From IMG/VR virus record IMGVR_UViG_3300006467_000282, positions 1-64,000 of that record: a stretch of DNA of 64,000 bases; one strand, given 5' to 3'. The notes under the pieces were generated by a model. The model searched no databases. It had not been told where the DNA came from and saw only the letters and a list, made by a program, of their open reading frames with translations. Origin of the DNA: a virus. Taxonomy: Duplodnaviria > Caudoviricetes. Position numbers and translations under genes: made by a program. This document shows positions 9,319 through 20,098 of the stretch, piece by piece; position 1 is the stretch's first letter; each line of letters opens with the position of its first letter.

Positions 9319-10448
9319 CTTCCACCTAACGTATATTTCGTGCTTAGATTTGTCTTTCTGCTATCCTGGTCAGTTAATTCAGAAATTACCTTATACGCAT
9401 CAGCTGATGCTAATACTAAATTCGCATTAGTTCCACCGCCGATCGACTTAGAATGATTTACAGATCTTATAAAAAATATGCCATTTATTCCTGCGAATTG
9501 GTCTATTACTCGAACAGTTAAACCATAATCCCATATAATACCATTGCTCTGAACAGAATCAGCTACTACACATTGATATTCAATGGATCTTGCCCGTCTT
9601 ATATTGACTTCTTCTTTGGCCCGATTCGTACACTCATCAGCCGTCATTGCTTCTTCTGCAATTAGTTCGAGAGTTCTCCCCGGATTGACTTCTGTATCTG
9701 TTGCTGATCCTACGGGATCTGCACCTCCGAAATCAAATATCCCGGAACTCATATCCCCTTGACTTCTAACAGTGATAGTTCTGAACCTATCCTGTTGTTT
9801 GAATTTTGCACTTCTACTTTTTATATTATTTCTTGGGTCATTCCCGCTTAATAAAATAAGATCATCGTTTGCTTTAGTTCCCTGCGGTCTATAAATTCTG
9901 AATGATCCATTTCCATCGGTATTAAGATATAGATTTCTTTTTCTTGCAAAAGACGATAAAAAATCCATTGCTTTTTGACCAGTAGCTGGTTCTTTAATCT
10001 CCCCTTCTGCAAAATCCGGGATAGTTCCCGCTACATTGCTGACGGGAATAACATTTCCAGTTGCAGTTATCATTATTTCACAAAGATTAACAAATGTCGG
10101 AATATTTATATCAGAAATTACTCCATCAGTAGATCCGAGACTGTCCTTCCAATTGTTGGGAATGTCGGAATCAATTAGATTTGCAACATTATCTCTCCCC
10201 CTTACTGAAATAGTATGAGTTGCACTATCAAATGACGAATCAACTTCATCGACAAACCCATTAACTGCAGTCTGGTCATTTATTAATATTTGAACAGCAT
10301 CTCCCTCTCGAACAGGGTAGTTTTGTGCCTTAGTATCAGTTGAATTAAAATTAAAACTTCCACAAAACTCATCAACGCTTCTCTGAACGTTTATTGATGT
10401 CCAATTAGGATAGTTCTTATTATTTACTTTTAATTCAAATATAGCCAT
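9315..10448 (-). CDS. Baseplate hub protein, Mu gp44 (gpP)-like
   Basis: WTSINVQRSVDEFCGSF...GFVDEV...VRGRD; synteny. Confidence 0.8.
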   Translation of the reverse strand: MAIFELKVNNKNYPNWTSINVQRSVDEFCGSFNFNSTDTKAQNYPVREGDAVQILINDQTAVNGFVDEVDSSFDSATHTISVRGRDNVANLIDSDIPNNWKDSLGSTDGVISDINIPTFVNLCEIMITATGNVIPVSNVAGTIPDFAEGEIKEPATGQKAMDFLSSFARKRNLYLNTDGNGSFRIYRPQGTKANDDLILLSGNDPRNNIKSRSAKFKQQDRFRTITVRSQGDMSSGIFDFGGADPVGSATDTEVNPGRTLELIAEEAMTADECTNRAKEEVNIRRARSIEYQCVVADSVQSNGIIWDYGLTVRVIDQFAGINGIFFIRSVNHSKSIGGGTNANLVLASADAYKVISELTDQDSRKTNLSTKYTLGGR

Positions 10449-10451
10449 GGT

Positions 10452-11819
10452 TTATTGTCTTACCTCTAATATAGTTATATCACCGACCATCCTATCAGAT
10501 TGTTGATCCGGGTTAAGCTGCTTAATCAGTGTTGCTCGCTCCTCAAGATCATTGAATGTATTAAATTCCTCTGCATACAATTGGTATGTAAGACTAATGA
10601 CATCTAATGGGAATGGATAATTAATCGTAGTTAAATTAAAAGCTTGCTGTTCCTTTAGTTCTAAAACTTCAAGTGTCAAGTCTCTAACATTATTTATTGA
10701 TTCAATCAATGTCAAATCGGAAATAAGAGAATCCAAGTCCTCTGCAGCAGTTAATACTACATTATCGTACATTGTTGAAAGTTCATTTCGGATATTTTCC
10801 ACTTCGGTACTTGTCGTGTAATCTCTATTTGCTGCTTGTTCATATGCAATCAAAAGCCAGTTTACCCGATTCATATCGATTGCAAAATTTCTATTCATAT
10901 TTCTGTTCGACCGTTCTACAGTTGTTGCAGACCAAATCGGTTTTTCGAATGAACTTGGGTCAGTCGAATCATCAACATTATTAACATCATTTCTAATACT
11001 TCGCATATCATTGAATAATCCAGAACCAGAACGGGAAGAATTGCTGGCTAAATCAAAACTATTAACAGAAGTCGGATTTGATAAACGATTTGAAAGATCC
11101 TGAAATACACCAACATCGCTTTCACCCGTAGCTACATATGTATTCACTAAATTCTGAGGCGTATTTATTAGATTCGGGAGATTAGTTACAAAATTCCGGA
11201 TAGTTGTTCTCGCTTCACCAAGGGGTCCTGAAGTCAGGAAATTTCTTGCTTTATTACTGGTGTCATTTACTTGGCTTGTGAAATCATGTAAAACAGTTAG
11301 TCTATTATTAATAGTCTCGGGTATTGAGTAAAACTTTGGAGATGTTTCAGTTATTACTTCCCTTGCATCATCCGATGCAGAAAAGATATCTGATTCACGA
11401 GCAGGGGCAACATTTGCAACTATACTTCCCGTGGCCTTTACAAATTTCAAATTAAAAGTAACTTCACCAACGCTTGTTTGTGATCGGGATTCACTAAAAT
11501 CTAATGCAATTACACGCACATTCCCAATAGTTGGTAAAGTTAATTTACCAGGTTTATTTAATTTCCTATTAAGCTTAGTTCGAAATGCTTCTGCTTTTTC
11601 AAGAAAGTTGTTTGCTGATAAATCGCTATGTATAAAAGCATCAATACTAAAATATGGTGGTATTTGTCCTATGTCTTCAGCAAAGATTCTATTACTATTT
11701 AAGTATTCATGTACAATTATTCTTCTACCTTGACTGCTTATTGTTTCAGTTCTAACCCGAAACGGAATACCGTCAAAGTTAGCTTCTGCCATTAGCTCTG
11801 TTCGTGTATTATAAGCCAT
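10452..11819 (-). CDS. DNA-circularisation-like tail protein, Mu gpN-like
   Basis: ANFDGIPFRV...GRRIIVHEY...EDIG...GKLTLPTIG; follows the tape measure gene. Confidence 0.8.
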   Translation of the reverse strand: MAYNTRTELMAEANFDGIPFRVRTETISSQGRRIIVHEYLNSNRIFAEDIGQIPPYFSIDAFIHSDLSANNFLEKAEAFRTKLNRKLNKPGKLTLPTIGNVRVIALDFSESRSQTSVGEVTFNLKFVKATGSIVANVAPARESDIFSASDDAREVITETSPKFYSIPETINNRLTVLHDFTSQVNDTSNKARNFLTSGPLGEARTTIRNFVTNLPNLINTPQNLVNTYVATGESDVGVFQDLSNRLSNPTSVNSFDLASNSSRSGSGLFNDMRSIRNDVNNVDDSTDPSSFEKPIWSATTVERSNRNMNRNFAIDMNRVNWLLIAYEQAANRDYTTSTEVENIRNELSTMYDNVVLTAAEDLDSLISDLTLIESINNVRDLTLEVLELKEQQAFNLTTINYPFPLDVISLTYQLYAEEFNTFNDLEERATLIKQLNPDQQSDRMVGDITILEVRQ

Positions 11820-11821
11820 TA

Positions 11822-13621
11822 CTACATACCTCCGGCATAGGCAAGATTAGTACCATTATTATTATTATAGATTTCAGCTTCAGTCACTTGACTTCCGTCA
11901 GCAGATTTTACTCCTATTTGTCCCGACATACTTACATTGAATTCTGCTTTTGTAGATTTTACTGCTTGTTCTCGAGAAACTCCATTCGCCATTCCACCTG
12001 GGGTATCTCCCCCGAATATATTTCCTATTGCTCCACCAACTCTTTTAAGAACTCCCCCAATTCCCGAAAATAGATTCTTAATCTTGGACCAATGCTTAAT
12101 AAGAAGTTTAGGTAAAAGAATAAATGGAACTAGGTTTGTCATAAAATCTAGGAAGGGGTTTTTATTAATGACCCCCCAAACAGATATCATAGCAGCTTTT
12201 ACTTTATCCCAATGATTTATCAAAAGAGCTACACCAGTAATTAATGCAGCAATTCCTATGACTATCAAACTAATCGGATTTGCACTCATTGCAGCATTTA
12301 ATAACCATTGGGCGGCTGTCCATATTTTAGTTGCAATTGCTATTGATTTTGTTATTATGAACATTGCTACAGTTGCTAGTTTTAAAGTTGTAAACGCATA
12401 GCTCAAAGCAGCTGTTGTAATAAGTAATCCAGAAAAAACAACAGCTAAAGCAATTGCAAGCGATATTAATTTAGCCCATTTGGGATTTGCCTGTAGAAAT
12501 TTTATTGCTTTAATACCGATTTCGCTGAGATACATTACTACTTTATTAAAATGAGGTAGTAAATTTTTACCCAGTTCAACCCGCAAATCCTTAAATACTG
12601 CAGAAAGAACAGTACTAAGAAAACTGGATCTCTTCTGCATTTTTGCAAATTCCGCATTTACTGATCCTATTGCTTTTGCGTCCATTGCTTTTCCGAGAGT
12701 GTACTCGACAAGTTTTAAATTCTTAATTAATCCACTCACAAATGGTTCAGCTTCAGCTCCAAATTTCTTAAATAAAAATGCATTTCGTGTTACTTCCGGC
12801 ATTTTCTGCATATTTTTCAAGAATCCAAGAATAGCTTTATTTGGATCATCAACCATTGCATGAGCCATTTTCGGACTCATTTGTTTTAACCGTTGCACAA
12901 GCATTTTAAAACCTGTTGCGCCTACTTCTGGAGTAGCTGACAATTGGTCTGTAACAGCTCCCCATCCTGCAGCAACTTGCGCAGAAAACTTTCCGAATAT
13001 GGCAGGTTGTCTGGCTATAATACGTATTACATTTTTAACTTGAGCACCAGTTGTATCTCCAACATAATTAATCGAATCAGCTAATTGACCCATTTGTTTA
13101 AGCGAATAACCTGTTTTATTGAGGATACTTCCGTATGCTTCTACTGCTGCTTGTCTATTCATATCCCAAGCTGCAGCCATTTTTATAATTTCACCGGTTG
13201 CTGTAATTACTCCCATTTTATCGAGATTACCAGCAAACTTTTTTGTCTCAAAAGCTAATGCTGCAAAATCATCGGAAGCAACTCCAAGGGGTCGAGATAC
13301 TTCCCCTATTCGTTTTTGAAAAGCAGCAAACTCCTTATTACTTGCAAAATCTATAACCCTGGTTAAATCAGCCATTTTATCTTCAGCTTGGGAAGCAGCT
13401 TGACCTAAATTTTTAAGGGCTAATACTGATACAGCCCCCATTGCAGTTCCAGCAGCAAGTATTTTTCCCCGATGTTCCGCTAACTTACCATTAACTTTTT
13501 TAAGTTGTGCAGCAGATTTGGCAAGAATTCTATTGAACTGCTTGGATTTCTTACTTATTCTATCAAGTGGACCGGAATACCGATCCATTACTTGATATAT
13601 GTAGCTAACATTAAAAGCCAT
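11822..13621 (-). CDS. Tape measure protein
   Basis: 599 aa, Ala/Lys-rich helical, central TP901-like core, hydrophobic stretch, follows the chaperone gene. Confidence 0.85.
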   Translation of the reverse strand: MAFNVSYIYQVMDRYSGPLDRISKKSKQFNRILAKSAAQLKKVNGKLAEHRGKILAAGTAMGAVSVLALKNLGQAASQAEDKMADLTRVIDFASNKEFAAFQKRIGEVSRPLGVASDDFAALAFETKKFAGNLDKMGVITATGEIIKMAAAWDMNRQAAVEAYGSILNKTGYSLKQMGQLADSINYVGDTTGAQVKNVIRIIARQPAIFGKFSAQVAAGWGAVTDQLSATPEVGATGFKMLVQRLKQMSPKMAHAMVDDPNKAILGFLKNMQKMPEVTRNAFLFKKFGAEAEPFVSGLIKNLKLVEYTLGKAMDAKAIGSVNAEFAKMQKRSSFLSTVLSAVFKDLRVELGKNLLPHFNKVVMYLSEIGIKAIKFLQANPKWAKLISLAIALAVVFSGLLITTAALSYAFTTLKLATVAMFIITKSIAIATKIWTAAQWLLNAAMSANPISLIVIGIAALITGVALLINHWDKVKAAMISVWGVINKNPFLDFMTNLVPFILLPKLLIKHWSKIKNLFSGIGGVLKRVGGAIGNIFGGDTPGGMANGVSREQAVKSTKAEFNVSMSGQIGVKSADGSQVTEAEIYNNNNGTNLAYAGGM

Positions 13622-13634
13622 AGTATTTTACCTG

Positions 13635-13826
13635 TTATTGATTCGTTTTATTTTCAATCTCTTTAGCTATTTTATTTAATTCGTCATCAATAATTGCTCG
13701 CTGATATAGAGTCAGCCGTAAATATTCCGTAAAGCTTACACTTCCTTTTGAAGCAAATCCTGCTCTAATTCCTGATCGGATTTGGTCTTCGGCTGAATAT
13801 CCACGGCAGTAACGAAAAAAGAACAA
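13635..13826 (-). CDS. Tail assembly chaperone -1 frame extension (gpT-like)
   Basis: Overlaps 13736..14314 in the -1 frame; slippery T TTT TTC at 13820-13814. Confidence 0.7.
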   Translation of the reverse strand: MFFFRYCRGYSAEDQIRSGIRAGFASKGSVSFTEYLRLTLYQRAIIDDELNKIAKEIENKTNQ

Positions 13827-14314
13827 AACTTCACTGCCAAACCAAATGCTTCATCTGGATGAAGTTTCTCATATAATACTTTTGTTAAGGGGTTTGTAGG
13901 ATTACTATCAACTATAGCTAATGGTCTTTTCGCTCCAATCTTAGTAACCATTTTTTCGAAAGTCGTCATGAAGTCAATAATATCAATATCAGACATTTTG
14001 ATTGACATTGAAATCATTCCCTCAGTTTCTTCCGATTCGTTTTCAAGTCCATCAGCTTGGTCAATCAGAGTTGTTTGTTCCTCACCCACATTATTAAGGA
14101 GATCCTCAGAATCTACTCCACCCATTTCCTGGAACATCTTGGCCGCTTGCATTTGTGACTTTGTTATGTATTGCGTTAATTTATAATAGCCTCTTTGATG
14201 TTCCATTCCTGGTTCCCTCAGCAAGATATGATTAGCTTCCTGAGTTTGTCCTCCATTAGAATACTTGAATGGTCTTTCAAGAATATACTTAGTTTCTCCT
14301 TCACGAATACCCAT
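13736..14314 (-). CDS. Tail assembly chaperone (gpG-like)
   Basis: Between tube and tape measure genes; acidic helical protein. Confidence 0.7.
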   Translation of the reverse strand: MGIREGETKYILERPFKYSNGGQTQEANHILLREPGMEHQRGYYKLTQYITKSQMQAAKMFQEMGGVDSEDLLNNVGEEQTTLIDQADGLENESEETEGMISMSIKMSDIDIIDFMTTFEKMVTKIGAKRPLAIVDSNPTNPLTKVLYEKLHPDEAFGLAVKFCSFFVTAVDIQPKTKSDQELEQDLLQKEV

Positions 14315-14342
14315 TATTAATTACCCCCTGCAATTATTATGA

Positions 14343-14750
14343 TTATTGTATTGACATTGGTTCGCCAGTCCATTCTAAAGACACAGTGCCGTCAGAACTT
14401 GCTGCTCTTTCAATCGGATTCATTAGACTTGATCCGTCAAAAGAAAGAGTTACAGCATCACCCCCACCCAATGGTCGTTGCACAATTTGGATTGAATTAG
14501 ATCCAACATTTTCTTTCCATAGAGCAATCTTATTATCCAGGTCGGGTGTTAAAAACATCTCAAACATAACCTTACCCAGGAAAGTTTCTGCGTTTGCTGA
14601 ATGTACTGCTTCAGAATTTCGCCCGCCACCAGATGCTGCCCGGACATTTGTTTCCCCCTCACCACCATCATATGTAAGCGAATTTGGTACAATCTTGATA
14701 AGCTCATTATTGATAGTGACCGCGGGTACACTTAAAGATCTTAAAGCCAT
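14343..14750 (-). CDS. Tail tube protein
   Basis: 135-aa beta-rich protein directly after the sheath gene; ends DGTVSLEWTG. Confidence 0.75.
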   Translation of the reverse strand: MALRSLSVPAVTINNELIKIVPNSLTYDGGEGETNVRAASGGGRNSEAVHSANAETFLGKVMFEMFLTPDLDNKIALWKENVGSNSIQIVQRPLGGGDAVTLSFDGSSLMNPIERAASSDGTVSLEWTGEPMSIQ

Positions 14751-14762
14751 TTGTTATCCTCC

Positions 14763-16352
14763 TTAAAATACGGTTTGTGTTCCGGTTTGTCCAACAGTAA
14801 ATGCAAACTGGAGTGAATAATTTATTGTTCCCAGTTGAGTAACAATTGGTAATGGACCGGCAATTGTAACTGTTCGAGTAGCTAAAGTTACACTAACCGT
14901 TGTTTCCGATGCGAAATAGCTTTCTGCTTCCCGTCCAGCTTGTGTTAATGCAGCATTTGCTAAGACTCTGTAAATCCTTAATAATTCTGCTTTAATGCTT
15001 TCTTCATTTGCCATTGATCTACCAGGGATTAAATCACCCTCGGTCAAACGACTTTGAGAATAAGTTGACTTTAGATTTCTGAAAAAGATTTCTCTACAAG
15101 CAGATCCAGTATCAACATAATTCAAATAATGAAAGGACACATTCTCATTCCCGGCTGCATCAGTTGTCCAAGTTGTAACTATCGGTCCGGTAATCATCTC
15201 ATTCAATGAAGGGTTTACACCGAAAGTTGAAAATCCACTATCTTCCAATTCTCCCTGTTCCTGCGGACTAAACAGGTTACCTGGTAATGTAACAGCAGTT
15301 CTTGCTAATGGAGTATTGAAGTAAGGTAAAGATGCATTAGAAGGTCCACCAAAAGCATCTAATGGACCACTTGTTGAAACAATAAAATCTGCCACTGGAG
15401 CATCTGGAGTTAATCTTCTGGAACGTATACCCATGAAATAACATAATGCCCAGTCAGCAGGTTGTAGTATTGCAGGACCTTTATTGAAATCAGCATCTAT
15501 AATAGCATTTCCACAAACAACTAAACTTTGACTATTTAGCGAAGCTACGAAAGAAACATCATTTGCAAAAGTATCGGTTTTACCATGGAAAACCATTCCA
15601 TCCATAATTGCATTCGAAGCATTAAATCTGTCATCCATTAAATCAGTAGGGATAGATAAATTAGACGCCCATACTTCCGGCCAGTTTAAACCTGTATATC
15701 TAAGACCTGCAATTGGATCGAATATTGTTGTCAATACAGGATCTTCTGCTCCTCCTGTGAAATTTACAAGAGCAACTGTAATTCCAGCGGCAGCTCCTGT
15801 AATTTTCATCCCGTAATCATTCCCGATTGTACCGGAATCATGCGCTGTAATTGTAACTTCTCCGCTTGAAACTCCACTTGTGAAGGGAGGATTTGATAGA
15901 TTTCCAATGGCAGTATTGACTGCTGCCGCAATTACTGCTGCAGTATCATCAAGTTCTACATCAATATCAAATGAATATCTTCTTTCGTCAACGATTGATA
16001 TAGTGAATGACCCATCTGCAGTTGCAGTATCTGTAAAAGTAATTGTTCCAGCTGCTTTTGCCGGAGAACCAGTCGTAGATGCAGTTAATCCAATTACATC
16101 TAACGGACTAAAAGACCCATTCCCTTGTTGCCACATTAAAATTCGGTGAGTAAGATCAGAATTAGACCCGAATAAAGTTCTAATTTGTGCTTGTGTCATC
16201 AGATGCACATTCTGAATTAAATCCCCAGAATTCACTGTAATAGCATCACCCAATTGACCTACGATAAGATCCCGACGGTCTTCAAATGCATCAACAATTG
16301 CTGCAGGTAATAACTGAATAGTGACCTTAGGATTACTTGTTACACCAGCCAT
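14763..16352 (-). CDS. Contractile tail sheath protein (Mu gpL-like)
   Basis: 529 aa, AAGTITFTDTATADG, TAHDSGTIGND, ITTWTTDAAG-like C-terminal sheath motifs. Confidence 0.85.
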   Translation of the reverse strand: MAGVTSNPKVTIQLLPAAIVDAFEDRRDLIVGQLGDAITVNSGDLIQNVHLMTQAQIRTLFGSNSDLTHRILMWQQGNGSFSPLDVIGLTASTTGSPAKAAGTITFTDTATADGSFTISIVDERRYSFDIDVELDDTAAVIAAAVNTAIGNLSNPPFTSGVSSGEVTITAHDSGTIGNDYGMKITGAAAGITVALVNFTGGAEDPVLTTIFDPIAGLRYTGLNWPEVWASNLSIPTDLMDDRFNASNAIMDGMVFHGKTDTFANDVSFVASLNSQSLVVCGNAIIDADFNKGPAILQPADWALCYFMGIRSRRLTPDAPVADFIVSTSGPLDAFGGPSNASLPYFNTPLARTAVTLPGNLFSPQEQGELEDSGFSTFGVNPSLNEMITGPIVTTWTTDAAGNENVSFHYLNYVDTGSACREIFFRNLKSTYSQSRLTEGDLIPGRSMANEESIKAELLRIYRVLANAALTQAGREAESYFASETTVSVTLATRTVTIAGPLPIVTQLGTINYSLQFAFTVGQTGTQTVF

Positions 16353-16355
16353 AAT

Positions 16356-16622
16356 TTAATCCTCCTTTTTAGTATCCTTCTTTTTAGTTTTCTTTTTATC
16401 TTTGACCGTTTCTTTCTTTTCATCAATTATTTTAATGCAGCCATCGATTTTTGCATCCTTCAGTCGTCTTCGCCAGTGGTAATCCAACGGAGTACCCTCA
16501 GAATCGACTCTGATTCTTTTCTTTCCCCCTGGTTTTAAGTAATGAATATCGATTTTAGTTTTATTTTCAATCGTTATAAATTTACTCATGTCTTTATTCT
16601 CTGCGTTTGTAAATGTAATCAT
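16356..16622 (-). CDS. Small basic protein upstream of the sheath gene (Mu gp38/DUF2635-like position)
   Basis: GTPLDYHWRRRLKD motif, K-rich tail; synteny. Confidence 0.5.
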   Translation of the reverse strand: MITFTNAENKDMSKFITIENKTKIDIHYLKPGGKKRIRVDSEGTPLDYHWRRRLKDAKIDGCIKIIDEKKETVKDKKKTKKKDTKKED

Positions 16623-16632
16623 ACATCTCTCC

Positions 16633-19600
16633 TTAGTTATTTAAGGGAAATAAATTATTTTTAGATACTGATAAATTCCCTTGAGTAAACGTTTCACCAC
16701 CCTCAATAGCATGAACTGGACATCTTCTGGCATTACAAAATTGTGCCCAGTCTACTATAATAGAACCAGTTGTAGTATTATTTTCAGTACTTCCATCACT
16801 AGAATATGCAGGATAAACAACAATTCTTGCAGTAGTATTCCCAGTACTATTATTTTGCATAGCAACATTTACAAACCACCAATTACCAAGATCAAATATA
16901 GCATACTCACCATCAACTGCTCCAGGGGATTCATTTACATTACCAGATGCTGTTCCAAATATTATTCTCTCCTCAAGAGCAGTTCCTCCAGAAAACTCAA
17001 AAAATAACGCAGGAAATCTATCTGTGATAGTGTCCTTTTTTATCATTAATGAGAAACTATGCCAATTTGAATCATTTACAATAGCAAAATCTTTTAAAAT
17101 AAACTCATGTCCAGAAGCATTATTATCAGATATATTAGTTCCAGCATTTGGTATACCATCTACACCTACTTCATCTTGAGTTACAACAGCCCCACTAGAA
17201 GCAAGCCACATAGTAAAGTCTCTATAGTCTCCAACTAGCATTTTATTTTCAATATCAGGACTTGTAGCAAATCCGATTGGAGTTGTTATTGCTTGTCGGG
17301 ATACATTACTAATACCTGTTTGAGCAAGATATTCATAAAAAGCATCAGCAACAAAATTTTCTCCGTCTTCATGCCAGTGGAGTCCGCCTGTATCTATTTT
17401 AGTAAGGCTACCTATTTCTGGATTTGCAGTCTCACCAAAAGAAGCATATACATCTAATATAAAGTAATCATTTGTCTGGCAAAAATTAGCTAACCATGTA
17501 TTATAAGACTCTGTCCATGTTTGTCTATCTACATTCCATGCAGTTGAGTTCCCCCACGGTGAAATATTAATAAATAAAGGTATAGCTCCATTACTGACAC
17601 ATTTATTAGCAATACTTTGTAGACTTGCTCTCATTGCAGTATTAGGGTCAATTGTTGCAAATAAAATATTGCCTATTCCGCCTTGTATAATAACAAAATC
17701 TTGGTTTGCTGGATCAGCATCTGCAATAAATCTCGTATCGATTTGTTGAAGTGTATTTCCTGATATTCCCTCATTCGAAACTCCTGCAGGTAAAACTGCA
17801 TTAAGAACTGTAACAAATTCTCCAGATTGAATTAATTGTGAATCACCAATAGCAGATCCACCATTAGGAAAGTTCCCTGTTATTAAATTTCTAATTCTAT
17901 CATAGACTAGAATATCAGTTTTAGTTGTACCAAAACATTCTGTAACTGATGCAGAGACTGTGTCAATAGTTTCTGATCCATGCTGTACAGTTTGATTAGT
18001 TACATCCTCCAGTAAAAAATCTGTTATTGTAACTTGTTGATGATCAGATGGCGAATAATCTCCGATTCCACAATCAGTAAGTGCTCCTCCAATTGCACCA
18101 TCAAAAGTAAAACTATACCTTTGAGGAGTATCAGTAAGCCTTAGTGCACTAAGACCAATATCAGCTCCTAAAAACACAAATCTATATTCTCTTCCCGAAA
18201 TATCAGGATTAATAACTGCTGAAGCAGTAAAAGAAAGAGTGTATACATGATCTTCTTCAGTGAAAACACGTTGTGCTACGCGATCTCCAGCAGAATCAAC
18301 TGTGAATTTATCAGTTCCTACAACAGTAACTCCACCGGATTTAAGCCAAATTGCATTACTTATATCTCGATTTTGTATGAATAAGTTTGTAACTATTCTT
18401 GAACCATATAAAGGTACAACATTTTCAGTAATAGTTTTCAGCTTATGTTCAAAATCTTTTACATAAAAATTATTAGCTCCAGTATATGAACCATCTTGAT
18501 CTGACAGAAAAGTATTAACATCATCAGTGTTATTAAAGGGGAGGGAAACACCCGGTCTATTTCCTATAGGAGCTCCGGAACAAACTCCGTCTATTGTAAA
18601 TTGATCCCATTCCTCTACTGTATATCTTTGGTCTGGAACAAATAATATGCATTCAATATACCCATTTACATCCTGGCCAATTCTCAAATCACTATTAGTG
18701 TTTTCCCATAGTCCAGTAAAAATCCCCCCAGGCGAATGCAATCCGTTTGCACTTAATTGTTTTTCATTTGGGTTTGTTTCCCAGAAACTTACAACCTTTG
18801 AATTTTCAATTAACGCATTATCTAATTCGAGATTATTTACTCCATCATTTGATAGAATATCATTATCATTCGCTTTTGTGCCGAGTATTGTATCACCATC
18901 TCCTACAATTATACCATCAATAATTGATAAGTCATCTGGTAATAAGCTGAGTTCTGCATAAATTGCTCCGAATAGCGCTAAAATCGGATCTTCATCCAAG
19001 TTTATATCGCTCAATAGTTGTGCCTGAATATCATCGTTATTATTCCAAGAAGCACAGATATCTCTAAAAGCCACATGCGCATAATCTGCAAATCCGTCAG
19101 AGAAATCAATTGCAATGGGGAGTTGCCATTCATAGGCATGACCATAATAAGCAGAATTATACGCAGTGTCAGCTGGACCGTGACCTCTTGGAATTGGTAC
19201 ATAGGGAATTGCACTTCCCTGATTTATTTCTGTAAATCCGTATATTGTCTTCAATAATGCTTCAAAAACTTCGCCGTATGCTTTCTGTTGTGCAACACCC
19301 CCTGATAATTCATCGTGAGTCCCAATAAAGCATGTTGTAGCGAAGTTCTGTAGTAAGTTCAGTAGATTATAATCCTGTGCTGTAAAACCAGCATCAGCAT
19401 CCCCTAACGTGTGCCTATCCTTGGATACTGTTACATCGAGCATTATGACGAATAGCCAGTTTTCATCGCTCGGATATTTAGTATAAATTTCTTTTGCTCT
19501 TTCATAATCGGCAGCAGCTGCAACTCGTACTCGATTAACAATTTGTAATCCAGTTATAAGCTCATTTGGAAACTCAGGCACACCAGTAAATTCAATCGTA

Positions 19601-20097
19601 AAATTATCTGTATCTATAACAGAAGCTACTTGATGCATTCCGGTTATTCCTGCTGATCTGACTTCAACCAGGCGTTCATTTCCGTTTAAAGTTGGTGCTT
19701 CAGTTTCATCATTCGGTAAATTAATTGATAAGTTCAGTCGATTTGGTACACCAGTAAGTTCATGTGTTGTATTATAAGCAACATTTGTAAATCCGCTAAA
19801 TACAATAAACCTTTGCCCATATATAGCTGGATCCGGATAATTTTGATCATGTCCATCGTCAATAGTAAACGTCAGTTGATCTTCCTCCAATGAAACTGAA
19901 GAAATCGGAACATTAAAATCACCTTGTTTAACTATTACTACTCTACTGGTAGTTAAACCATGTGAAGGTGCATTTACAGTCAAAATATTCCCCTCAGAAA
20001 TAGTTCCACTATTAACAGTTAAGAACTGAGTAAACAAATCAGTTGACGATGGTAAATATGTTTGTAAATGCAATACTATTTGCTCTGGTGTTAACAT
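16633..20097 (-). CDS. Putative tail-completion/terminator protein fused to a long extension with an SGNH/GDSL hydrolase domain
   Basis: 1154 aa at the neck-sheath junction; AIGDSQL, IIQGGIGN and TGGLHW SGNH-like blocks at about 17300-17870. Confidence 0.55.
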   Translation of the reverse strand: MLTPEQIVLHLQTYLPSSTDLFTQFLTVNSGTISEGNILTVNAPSHGLTTSRVVIVKQGDFNVPISSVSLEEDQLTFTIDDGHDQNYPDPAIYGQRFIVFSGFTNVAYNTTHELTGVPNRLNLSINLPNDETEAPTLNGNERLVEVRSAGITGMHQVASVIDTDNFTIEFTGVPEFPNELITGLQIVNRVRVAAAADYERAKEIYTKYPSDENWLFVIMLDVTVSKDRHTLGDADAGFTAQDYNLLNLLQNFATTCFIGTHDELSGGVAQQKAYGEVFEALLKTIYGFTEINQGSAIPYVPIPRGHGPADTAYNSAYYGHAYEWQLPIAIDFSDGFADYAHVAFRDICASWNNNDDIQAQLLSDINLDEDPILALFGAIYAELSLLPDDLSIIDGIIVGDGDTILGTKANDNDILSNDGVNNLELDNALIENSKVVSFWETNPNEKQLSANGLHSPGGIFTGLWENTNSDLRIGQDVNGYIECILFVPDQRYTVEEWDQFTIDGVCSGAPIGNRPGVSLPFNNTDDVNTFLSDQDGSYTGANNFYVKDFEHKLKTITENVVPLYGSRIVTNLFIQNRDISNAIWLKSGGVTVVGTDKFTVDSAGDRVAQRVFTEEDHVYTLSFTASAVINPDISGREYRFVFLGADIGLSALRLTDTPQRYSFTFDGAIGGALTDCGIGDYSPSDHQQVTITDFLLEDVTNQTVQHGSETIDTVSASVTECFGTTKTDILVYDRIRNLITGNFPNGGSAIGDSQLIQSGEFVTVLNAVLPAGVSNEGISGNTLQQIDTRFIADADPANQDFVIIQGGIGNILFATIDPNTAMRASLQSIANKCVSNGAIPLFINISPWGNSTAWNVDRQTWTESYNTWLANFCQTNDYFILDVYASFGETANPEIGSLTKIDTGGLHWHEDGENFVADAFYEYLAQTGISNVSRQAITTPIGFATSPDIENKMLVGDYRDFTMWLASSGAVVTQDEVGVDGIPNAGTNISDNNASGHEFILKDFAIVNDSNWHSFSLMIKKDTITDRFPALFFEFSGGTALEERIIFGTASGNVNESPGAVDGEYAIFDLGNWWFVNVAMQNNSTGNTTARIVVYPAYSSDGSTENNTTTGSIIVDWAQFCNARRCPVHAIEGGETFTQGNLSVSKNNLFPLNN

Positions 20098-20098
20098 A

